Positions 25,601-37,600 of a DNA stretch of 50,021 bases are shown here, piece by piece. The number at the start of each line of letters is the position of its first letter. Within the stretch, counting starts at the first letter, position 1. The notes beneath the pieces are model-generated. The model was not told the DNA's origin, ran no database searches, and was given only the letters and a program-made list of their open reading frames with translations. The stretch is from Phoronis australis (Eukaryota; Animalia; Phoronida), in contig NMRA01000995.1 in the NCBI GenBank assembly GCA_002633005.1, forward strand, positions 25,971 to 75,991, given 5' to 3'. The position numbers were made by a program, and so were the translations under genes.

Positions 25601-28600
25601 ACCCTTCAAACTTCAGCCGTGCTTCAAAAAGAACGCAAAAGTTTTGTTGATCTTGCAAGAGATGTGTCCTATTATGGTCAGGCCTTTCAGAACAGACGCA
25701 GCATACTTGTTAAAAGGATTGTATTGTATCTTTCTCTTACAGATCTTCTCCTTCAACAGGAATCCAAATTTCTTTGTATACGTGAAAACCGCAAATCAAA
25801 GACTAATAAAAACATGTTATTGACCTTTGTTAAAAGCATGTGGCCAGGAAGCGCACGCTGCATACAAGTATCGAAGATTAGTCTATGGGAACTATCTATT
25901 CATGAAAGGGGTTGCATAGCATCTGCAAGAACTAAATATAGGCACTTATTTCCGAAAGTTTTTAATACCGTAAAAAAACATTCGCGTTATTTTTAGGAGG
26001 AATTATTAAATTAATCGTAATTGGTGTTTTAAAAGTCAAACTGACCCACTGATAGTGAACACTTCTGCACCCTTACACTCCCTGAATCTCCCGAAAAATA
26101 ACTGTTAGACTGTCACGCAGCCAGTCACCTAGTGACTCAATATTGGCCTTATCGAGACAATTCCCGAAAGTTTTTTAGCAGATGAGATCAACAAGTGATA
26201 AATAAAACATGTTCTGCTTTACTGCTCGTGTTAATTTCTTTAGTGACACACCTAGATCGCTACATCGCGTTTACTCTGGTAAATGAACTCCGGTGACATC
26301 CACGCGTTCTCTCACTCACACACTACGCAGACAAGCTTCCAAACAAACGTCACAACAACACGTGTGTTCGTCCAGAGATTCTTCTCATGTTGCAGGGCAC
26401 AATCTAGCACAGATCTGGACTTAACATGCAATTAATCCCGACTCCATGGGAACTTAAAAATCTTAGGGACGCTATTTTGAAAACTCAAGGAGGACTTCAG
26501 GTAATTTGTTGAGTTGAAACTATAATCTTACTTAATAATTCAAGTTGACCTATCAGCAATCGTTAGGCAGCCACGCACTAGCAGGCCTATATCCAGGATT
26601 TCGAAAATATGGTGTCCAAAATGGGTTCCCAATATTCTAGGGCGTCGTTGATTCTGATGCATAACCCCCAACCCTAGGACCATTCACCAGCAACCCCCCC
26701 CCCTCCACACAGAATTTTTTTTACAAAAATGCATAGCGACAAAGGTTTTTACATCTAAGTAACAGCCTTCTGTAGAGAGTTTTTTTACAAAAAAATGTAG
26801 ACCCAGACTTTTACATCTGAATTTACGAAATCAGCCAAGTAGCTTACCAAAGAAATATTAGAGATATTAGTTAAACAAATGTGCACTATGTTTTTGGTGA
26901 TCTCAAGTCAAATTTATGTTATAAAGTTTGTAATATCATTTTAATTTGCTTTAATATTGTGTAAAATGAGTCATCAGAGCTGCAGTTACAAAACAAGAAA
27001 AATACACATATGGTGTGTGACCACTGGGAGCATAGCCAGCAGTGGAAGAAACTTTGACAATGCTTGAAAGATATTGTAGATGCTCAACCAAGTATGAATA
27101 TGGCAACAATGTATATACTTCATGGCTTGGAATGACTAATGACAAAAAATGNNNNNNNNNNNNNNNNNNNNNNNNNNNNNNNNNNNNNNNNNNNNNNNNN
27201 NNNNNNNNNNNNNNNNNNNNNNNNNNNNNNNNNNNNNNNNNNNNNNNNNNNNNNNNNNNNNNNNNNNNNNNNNNNNNNNNNNNNNNNNNNNNNNNNNNNN
27301 NNNNNNNNNNNNNNNNNNNNNNNNNNNNNNNNNNNNNNNNNNNNNNNNNNNNNNNNNNNNNNNNNNNNNNNNNNNNNNNNNNNNGACGAACACAATATCA
27401 TTCATGTGACTAGCGAAGAAATCAAATAGAGAGCATACAATCAACTACAATAAAGAATGAAAGCCCGTTCCAAACTCTATCTAAAGTGGTAGTTTGGCAA
27501 ACACGATAACATCCATGTGACTAGCGAAGAAATCAAATAGAGAGCATACAATCAATTACAATAAAGAACAATAGATGGCGCAACATGACGGTCCAGTCTG
27601 CAGTAGGACAGTGCTGGCTGGGTCAGTCTGGGTCAACTACGCATAACCAAAACAAAGTGAGCTGAAAGCCAGCCAGCTGCGTGTGACCGAAGGAACAACG
27701 GTAACCGAAAATCTCGAATAATTCAAAAAGTAGACGTCGTAGCGCAAAATGGAAAGTATCTCCTGAAAGCCCGTTGAAAACTCTATCTAAAGTGTTAGTT
27801 TGGCAAAAATCCAAAAAATTTTCGAGAAAATTGAAAATTTGCCATTTTTTTGAAATTCAAAGTCAAATAACTCGAAAACGGTAAGTCTGAGAAATACGCT
27901 CTCGCAGACTTTTTGAAAGGCCATACTTCAAGGAATCCACATGCAAAAATTCACGTCATTTGCTCTTCCCATAAAAAATGCGCCACCAGAGCGATTGAAA
28001 CCGTGTGAACATGCCCCACAGCCACCATCTTGAAAATGACTTCCGGTTCAATAATTTTTTATAAAAGCTTATTAAACTCAACAAACACATGACCAGTTTG
28101 AAAGTGATTGCAAATGCGCCCTCTACAGGAGAAAACGTTTTTAGCCATATTTCGGGGCGCGCATGCGCCACGTCCAATATTTCCGCCATCTTTAACCGGA
28201 AGTCAACGATTTTCTGCACAATTGTAGCACATGCGTTCTAGTATATTCGTACCGATTGTCAGCCATGTAGGTCAAAAAATGCAGCCTCTACGAGTATTTG
28301 ACTGTAAAATCGGATATAAAATGGCCGCCACGTCCGCCATTTTGTATGCGATCATGACCAAAAACAATAGGCTTCTAGGACTTTCCGATCTACACGTTGT
28401 GTGCAAATTTCGTGAAAATCGGACCAAAATTGCGACCTGTAGAGTGCGAACAAAAAAAGAAAAAAAACTTGCTGTCAGACCAACATACTTGACGGAATTC
28501 GAAGAATTCCGCCAAGTAATGAACGCCAAAAAACAGACTAAAAACAGTAAAAATGGCCACTAGGTGGCACAAACTATGTCAAATCCATCCGAAATCGGGA

Positions 28601-31600
28601 TGATAACGTCATCTGACTAATAGATGCCTATACGCCTAACTTTATGACAATACGTTGAGGACACAGAGCTAAATGTAAGAAATAGAAATTGCCACTAGGG
28701 GGCACACCAGTAGCCAGATGCATCCGAAAGTCTTGATAATCTATTGACACTTACTAAATTTAATAAAGATCCTGCAAACGGTTTAGGAAATAAAGCCATA
28801 GGCGCAAAAAAAACTGCCACTAGGAGGCACCACAATACACAAAATCGTCAGAAAATCACCATCAGCCATTCTCTTCATAGCAAGAATATACATGCTAATT
28901 TTCACAATCATCCTTAGAGCGGTTTGGTTGATAAAGGGATGGACGCTAAAAAAGCAAAAATGGCCATTAGGTGGCACAAACTTCGTTGAATCCATCCAAA
29001 AACAGAAGTATAGTGTCATCTCACTAATAGATGCCTATATGTCAAATTTTATGAAAATATGTTGAGGACATAGAGGTAAGTGTAAAAAACTAAAATTGCC
29101 ACAAGGGGGCACACCGGTGTTCGGATCCGTCCGAAACTTCATGCCGTCCCATCCATGGAAGGAACACATGTGCCAAATTTCATGAATGTATGTTACAGGG
29201 TTTTGGAGACAGAGCAGCGGATGCCGGATGGACAGATGCCAGACGGACGGATGGAGATGACGGCATAATGCGTCCAAATATAAATATGTGGGAGCATAAA
29301 AAATGCTCGTAATTTAACAATGAACAAAGTTTGATAGCAATGCAGTGCAGTTCTGTAGAAACTCTGTCATAGGTTACAGATGCGTCACAGAGCGTAAATT
29401 TGATGAATTTTAGCTTACAATTTCACCTGTTTCGGAGACCAGGTTTCAACCACTTTGAGCAAGCGCCCCCTTCCTGAAACAAATTTTTCTAAGCGCCCTT
29501 GGCGTTTATTAGGGCGAATACCGTAGTTATGCACAAAATTAGGCTCAATAAAATATATTGCAGTAACTGTGTTCGAGTACAGAATGACTTACGTAGATCA
29601 CTAATTATCACAGTTTGCACTTGGAGACCCCAGCATTAATGTTAAAAGTTCAAGTCTGAACGTAAAATTTCGAGTTTTTACCAGAGCTTGTAGCTCAAAT
29701 TGTGGGGTCGTCAAGTACAAACTTAGATTAAAAGCATGAATGATAATGTACTTGAGCACAGACTACCAGATACTTATCTTGAGTTCGCACAAAATCAGAA
29801 CGAGAAATGAGCCGTCTTCAACACCTCTTGTGGCGCTTTTTATTGCCCAGCTTTCCAGAGATTATTATTTCAAGTTTACTTCTTATTTTACACTAAGATT
29901 TCTGCACTGTTATCAGTGGTAATAAATGACCTTTATTTTGCCTATACACAGTCTCCTTTTTATCTCTGGAAACGGAGCTTACGATGCACCTACCATTTTC
30001 GGGACGTACTTTGAACATGAATAATTTTGAGTTCGATTTGGACTACACAGATTAGACCACAGACTCTAGCCTCTTCTTGTTGCAGTAACTGCAACTAAAG
30101 AAGTCATAAAAGCACTTCTCAATTGAAGGAGTAAATACTAAATATGCATGCCTCAACATCCAACCAATCATAATGTCCAAAATAATGTTAATTTTCAACC
30201 AATCACATTGTCTTTCAACGTTAATCTTTTGTGTTAATCTTCAGAAGCTATGTTACATCACCCTTCCACAATGTTACTTTTTATTGTCCTACATGGAGCA
30301 CAAAATGACCAAGCAAAAATTCCACAATATATATTGATTTGCTGTGTTCAGAACGTTATTACATTTCACTTCAAAATACCAAATGAATGTGTAGGCAGAG
30401 TGGCCTAATAGAAGAGCATAGCACACTTCCAAATCTAAAGGTCCTGGGTTCAAATCCCACAAGAACACGTTGCTGGACTCTGTAACAAAGCTGTCAGCTC
30501 CCCGGCTCGTACTTTAGTGGATTTTCTGTCCCTACACATTTAAATTAATGGTGCAGATGTCAAGTACTCTTTATTTCATTTATAAACCACGCTTAAATTT
30601 CAAGTCACTACGTAATATTAAATTTACGTAGTGCAACTTCTATATGCAACCTTTCATGCTCAAAAATAGGCATTTTATAAAACTATGTAATAACAGAATT
30701 ACCATTGAGATTTGCCTGTATTAGATACTAACAGCATCAAAGTTCATATCAAAGCCTCATCTAGTGTTTAATGTCAACTCCTGGTGTTTAATGTCCTCAG
30801 CAAGATTTATAGCATGACCACAACCTACAACTAACAATCAGACTTTCTACGGACAGCTGTTGAAACACCACCTGCTATTTACTAAAAATAAAAGTCTGAT
30901 ACCCTATTAATAGCAAGCACAAACTATATCCTGTTTACATTTACAAGAGGTGGCTTCTCCAGACACTAGGGATCAACTGATAAAGGAGCACATCCCTAAA
31001 GGTCAAAGATGACAATCTTGCACTAGGCAGACCAGCTGTAACAAACTGGTCTCCACATTATTCCTGCTCCAACAAATACTGGTATCCATCATCTAGAAAA
31101 AATGAGTGATCATCAGAGAGGTCCTGTTTTCCAAGGGGTAGGCCAACCCTGACAAGACCAAAAGTGTTGGCACTCGTTTTTATTTGTCGACACCTGGCAT
31201 GATTGGGTAGAGGATGAAATTGACTGTTTTCTACTGTATCAAGTGATGAAAAGGTTTTGAGACCTATTTCTCAAGTCTGTTGCTGAATTATATTTTGCAT
31301 TTTCGGCAGTGAAGGAAGATCCCTGTAATAATTTGATTTTGAATAGTGGTAGGTCCCTTTTCTGTACCAAAAGTCACCAGTTTTTACACTAACCAAATGT
31401 AGATGACACAAAAAATTATGCTTGCATAACACACTCTACGAAGTTCTCCAAAACAGAATTTTCAATGCTCCGCAGAATTTCAACCCTGCAAATGGTTGTA
31501 GGCATATCATGAACACCAAAACATGGCCTGAAAATTGACAATACCAGTTATAGAAACAAAAACTACAGGCTTTCTAATTTCACAAAATATAAACTTTTAC

Positions 31601-34600
31601 TGACAGTGTAGATATTGAGCTAAATAGAGACTTGTCATAAGGTACTACATAACCTTCAACATGTCATGGATATCTTGAGACTGGTGAAATTGTAAGACAG
31701 ATTTAGGCAATTTTAATTAATTTAAATGTGTTAAAACACATTTTTTGTGTAACAAAATGATCCTGTGACCCACTATCAAATTAGTCAATTTGTCATTAGC
31801 AGATCTACAAATTGTTGTGTCTCAGATCACATTGTATAGACCAGATAAACACTGGCTAAAGTTTAGGTAATGATTATTTGACCGCCTGACAAGTCTGTGA
31901 CGCTTCTTCACAGCAATCAAGGGATACACAGAGATAACTATGCCCAAATAATCTCAGGAAATGTCATTCACAAACTTCATGAATAAGGTCAGAAAAGCAT
32001 ACTAGTTGTTAATTCTGGTCTGTACCATAACCCATTTTGAAACCTATGACTCAATACCTTAAAGAAAAAGGGCAAAGTACCCACCCACATCAATTTCAAC
32101 CAATGTTTCAAACATTTTTCAGAAAGCCTTACAAACGCACACAAGTAAAGTGTTAAAAATTATAGCTTGGCAAGGGAGGCATAATTGCAAATTAATAACT
32201 ATAATACTAATTAATGGTGCACTTCTTCACATTAAAGTGTCCCCCCATTGACACGGACACGACCACAGGCAATCGCATTGGAACTACAACATTCAAACTG
32301 GTTAGAGTTCAGCAAAAAAGATCTAAACTTCGCATATTTGCTCATAGCAGCTGGCTTCCTAGAAAAGCAGACAACTAAAAATACTTCAGCATCGCATCAA
32401 TTAAAAAGAAAAAACATACACCAGTTGAACAAGCTATGGTTTTTTTGACCTAAAACAAATGCAACGGATAAAAATAAGTGCCATTTCAAGTTACAAAGCT
32501 GATAGGAACAATGATTCAGAAGGAACTGCTGCTTCTGGCAAAAAAAAACTCTTAAACACAATGATAACAGCTCTCGACACTATTAAAACTGGCAAGCCAT
32601 AATTTGCAACCTGGCTAAAAGTTCCAAGACCCACTGACAGACAACAGCTCATGAAATGTTACAGGCTACAAAAGAGCCCATTGGCAAGTCGAGTTTTCGT
32701 TCACATTTGACTTGGTGGTTTTAAGTCAACTGATTCAGACAGGGCACTTTGGGAATCATAATGGGCTTCATATGGGGTGCCTCTATTTTTGCCATTTACG
32801 GGGTTAAGTGTAAAAAAAAATCAACTCAGGTGATTTGTAATTCCCATGCAAGACACGTGAGATTAATACAAATTAGTCAAAATCTGAGGTCGTAGTTTCA
32901 AATTTTAGGTGAAAAATGTCACTTGCAGCTTGTTATGTCATGCCCTACATATGTGCAGAGGCTTATATCTGAGGGTAAACATACCCACAACAAGTAACTG
33001 TAAATAGCCATATCAATCCAACTACCACAAATATGAAGCCGAAGCTCAAAACAATTGACTGTCACTTCAGTGTATCTGGCAAGAGTCTTGCCATTAACAG
33101 TAATAAGTATTAACTACTACTATATAAGCATTGTATTCAAGCCCAGTGCACCTGCATTACGCATTTGTTTCAGCAAAATTAAACGTCATTGTGTTTCACA
33201 TGTAGACATGCATAAGCTTCATTCAAAGCCATAGGCAACAAGCTGCATCTTATACAATAATTCTGGCAAATTGGGCACCTTTGCAGTATTACAAATTTCT
33301 TTTAATATTGTGAAATTGAAAACGTGTCAACATCAAGCACTAATTGCAATGGATAAATCCAAGTTTAACTCACATTATTATTTTTTAAAAACCCATTTCT
33401 CAGTTTTACTCAGCACGTGCTCCACCCCAACTTCGCATTTGCATAAATAATTATGTGCATACAAAGTATGTATAATGTCACTCACTTGTCTTCGCCGAGC
33501 ACAACCCCAAAGCCCACATGTTCCACACGTACATCAGCTGGATTGTACCAGCCAGCTACTTGGGCGGCCTCATACACTGTCTGCAGGTGGAGACTCTGGT
33601 GAGAAGTAACAAAACCAACATGACAGTGGGTACAAAGACAACATCAGGGGTTGTGGGGGGGGGGGACAGGACAAAATGGGCGAGTCCGTAAGCGAGTGAG
33701 CTCAACGTGCTTCAAACATAATGCATAGTGATTTCTTACAGACTAGATGGACGATCTAGTCACACGTGCAAGAAAACTAGCCAATTGGAAAACAGGTCAG
33801 GAAGGTCACTAACAACAGGCAAGGGTCACTGAGGAAAAGCTGGAAGTTGGTCTGCAACATACATGCAATAGCAAATGATGCTTCNTAAGCATTGTATTCA
33901 AGCCCAGTGCACCTGCATTATGCATTTGTTTCAGCAAAATTACACGTCATTGTGTTTCACATGTAGACATGCATAAGCTTCATTCAAAGCCGTAGGCAAC
34001 AAGCTGCATCTTATACAATAATTCTGGCAAATTGGGCACCTTTGCAGTATTACAAATTTCTTTTAATAGTGTCAAATTGAAAACGTGTCAACATCAAGCA
34101 CTAATTGCAATGGATAAATACGAGTTTAACTCACATTATTATTTTAAAAACCCATTTCTCAGTTTTACTCAGCACGTGCTCCACACCAACTTCGCATTTG
34201 CATAAATAATTATGTGCATACAAAGTCACTCACTTGTCTTCGCCGAGCACAACACCAAAGCCCACATGTTCCACACGTACATCAGCTGGATTGTACCAGC
34301 CAGCTACTTGGGCGGCCTCATACACTGTCTGCAGGTGGAGACTCTGGTGAGAAGTAACAAAACCAACATGACGGTGGGTACAAAGACAACATCAGGGGTT
34401 GTGGGGGGGACAGGACAAAATGGGCGAGTCCGAAAGCGAGTGAGCTCAACGTGCTTCACACGTAATGCATAGTGATTTCTCACAGACTAGATGGACGATC
34501 TAGTCACACGTGCAAGAATACTAGCCAACTGGAAAACAGGTCAGGAAGGTCACTAACAACAGGCAAGGGTCACTGAGGAAAAGCTGGAAGTTGGTCTGCA

Positions 34601-37600
34601 ACATAAATGCAATAGCAAATGATGCTTCGAATCAGGAGAGCGTGTTCTAAGGAGTATTCACTAATAAAAGGTGATTTTGGTAAAAAAGTCTTCAAAGAAA
34701 AACAGGGGGCATCACAACTGTTCAGCGAAATTGAGAATGATCACTTCCCTTCCAAACAAGGGAATTGGGGCTTGCAGACCAACGAGTATTTCAAAAAGTT
34801 GACTTGAATGTGCATTAATAAAACCTTTTTAGTTATCAAAATTCTTTAATAAATTTTGTCAAATATATTCAGTAGTTTTAAAAATGAAAAGATCTTGTCA
34901 AGTGAAAACAAAATTGAATAACGGTAAAACGATGAAATTAAATAATTTCAGAGATTAAACGAAGAATAACATAGAAAATTTTTTTCTTATAATTCTTTTC
35001 ACACTTCAAGACGATTCCATTGCCCTTGTGCAAGCTGATGTAGGTCCAAAATAGATGGAAGGACTTGCATCAAAAATATTGCGATAATGTGTGTATCAAA
35101 ACATTCGACATACCTGTCCTGCATCGACGACATAAATCAACCAATCACCATTCTCCTCCGCAAGGCGTTGTTTAATGGCAGCCATATCCGATGTGTCATA
35201 TGTGAACCCGCCATCTGACTTCACGATCGTCAGGGGTACGCTCTGTCCAGGGACAAACATCACCTTTCGTCCATCCTCTACCTTTGTCAAACCTGGTGAC
35301 CACAAATCATTTTGGTTCGTAAGTCACGTTTTATAGCCCACTGCACACAGAGACACAGATGATGACAGATGTGTATAATAAGGTGGCAACTGAAGCGCAG
35401 CTCACTTTTTCAGAACACCACTACTCTCATTTGTTGTCCCCTTGAAATGAAACTTATATCAAAATTTAGGACGTCCAACTAAGCGCAACTTTTCACAACT
35501 CTAGTCCATTTAAAAAGATTAAAAACAATCTGATGAAAGACGTTTTCTACATATAAATTGCTTTTGTAACAAAGACAGACGACAAATTTCAAAACAGTAC
35601 ACTCATGACATGCACACATGCCATTCGCTTGACTTTTGGTTCGGTCAAGTGCCATCTTTTGGGAGAAGGTGACAACTTTGCCAATTCGAAAATTAAATTT
35701 ACTCAGAGTTTTAGATTTTGATGTTATACTCAAAACTATTATGAAGTGGAACTAGTCCACAGTGTAGCAAACTGAACCAATTTTCATATGATGCATGGCA
35801 TTCACTAACTGCTGGATGCTTGAAAAATACCAAATAACGCTTGACTGACAGTCACTGACTGCATGTTTTGATGAGCACTGTTCTTTTATCTCGGATGAAA
35901 AAATTGACCTGTCCCCTTTCACTAAATGCAACGTTCACACACGTTCACTACGGTGACAATGACCTTAATGTTCTGACAAAACATTACCTTTTCAATGCTC
36001 AGAACTAAGCAATTGTTGTGTTACACTACCAAGCAGTCGTGAAATCATAACACACTCACTGACTAGGCCAACTACAATAGACCAATATAAGAAGAAAACT
36101 AGGATTGAATCTACTCCTTTTGAATGTTTGCACGATTTATATTTTACTTTTATTAATTAATTTTCATTTTGTTAAATCACGGCTATGATTGCATGTGAAA
36201 GGCGGCTAGAGACTCTATTTTATGCCTCACGTTGCCCAAATACCTTTATCATCCAGCTCTTTGACAACTTTGACCATACGATCCTGGTAGAAAGACTCGC
36301 CCCTCTCTATTAAATTCTCCACATTTAGTCTATCGTAAATCTTTTGAAACTCTGCAAACAGGAAGGAAGACAAAACGTGTTCATTGTGAAACAACCAGAC
36401 ACACAATGTAACAGAAAACAAGATCCAAAATAATTAAAACTAAATCCAAACAACAGAACTTGCAACCATCCAAACTTAAAGAATCTTATATTCGGGACAC
36501 AGAAGTGATTTTGGTGAAATGTCTCAACAAGTATTTAAATAAAATTCTACTATATGTACAAGCCAAAAGAAAACAGACAAAATGTTATTCCCTGTCATGA
36601 TGGCTGAGTGCAAGCAGAATCCAGCTATGACGGTTGACTTTAAGCATAATTGATTGTCATAATGGCTGATCACTATGAAGCGAAGGACAGGTAATTTACT
36701 GAAAAGCCAAATAAGTGGAAAAGCTAAAACTCTATTCCCATAGTTTGGATCAACTCAATCGTAAACAAACCGCATAAAATTTAAAGGTACACTGACTACA
36801 ACAGCAAATGGCTGATTCGCTGCAATTAGGTCGCCGGTTGCCACACTGCTACAAAAGAGAATCGTTAATGATTCGTGTGTTGCAAGCTCGTTAAATTACA
36901 ATTACAAGTAATAGGTAGAGAATGCAAAATTTAGTAAAAGAAAAATCATAATCTCTGGTAAGAAGAGCAATAAAAAGCACCGGACATGTGGAGGTGTGAG
37001 AAAATGCCAAAATAGGGGATGGTAGGGGATGGGAAAAATGGATAAGTTTTCGAACGTACGTCGATGTGGCCGTAATGAAGATGATGAATGGAAACATGAG
37101 GTAAAACAAAGAGGATGCCAAAAGACATGCGACAATCATCAGCTTATGAGAGCCAAGAGCTGACCAAACTCGAGGCACGTGATAACAACAGTCCAAAAAG
37201 AAGGATGCGAAAGTGACACGTGGTCCTGTGCAAAGGAATTAGTGGACTAGTCTGAAATGAGGGGGGAAAGGAGTAAGACGGGTCCATTATATTTAACGAG
37301 TGAAATACCATTTAACAGAACATGCTTCCTGCTTTTGAGTCAACAACTCTTCAGGTTTTGTAGGTTTGATAACAACCAAATCAAGAAAGTTTTACAGAGA
37401 TATTTAAAAAAATAATATAATTTTAGACTTTTCTCAGTAATTTCTTCAACATCACAGCTCTGTCCTCATGGTGGAAAGATGTCAGTAGGAACTTTGACTA
37501 GCCGTTACGTGTCCATGTTGTCTACGGCAATAGTCAATACAATCCAGGAATGTCTTCAGCTATCTGTGTCTGACCACAGCAGCTCGTCCGATATTAGAAT

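Larger units (their letters stand above)
25361..29523. mobile_element. TA-flanked TIR transposon carrying the HIRAN gene, interrupted by about 2.7 kb of nested insertions
   Basis: TA|CTGTATTCGCCCTAATAAGCGCCC ... GGCGTTTATTAGGGCGAATACCG|TA; TAAGCGCCC subterminal repeats; 26438-26525 and 29309-29523 are collinear with 20064-20401. Confidence 0.75.
33125..34628. repeat. ~750-bp direct duplication (33125-33884 / 33886-34628) including RARS1 exon 10
   Basis: Copies abut at a single N (33885) and differ by scattered SNPs and small indels. Confidence 0.92.

Noticed and set aside
25568-25996. 142-aa + strand ORF similar to the 19714-19923 ORF as a new protein family
   Set aside because: Both are antisense shadows of the HIRAN pseudogene copies.
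27042-27444. ORFs full of X in the ORF track
   Set aside because: Artefacts of the 233-N gap.
30394-30468. Functional tRNA gene
   Set aside because: A and B boxes are present, but the acceptor and anticodon stems do not pair.
33486-34343. Mutually exclusive alternative exons of RARS1
   Set aside because: Identical peptide, duplicated intron flanks and a single-N join point to allelic redundancy.
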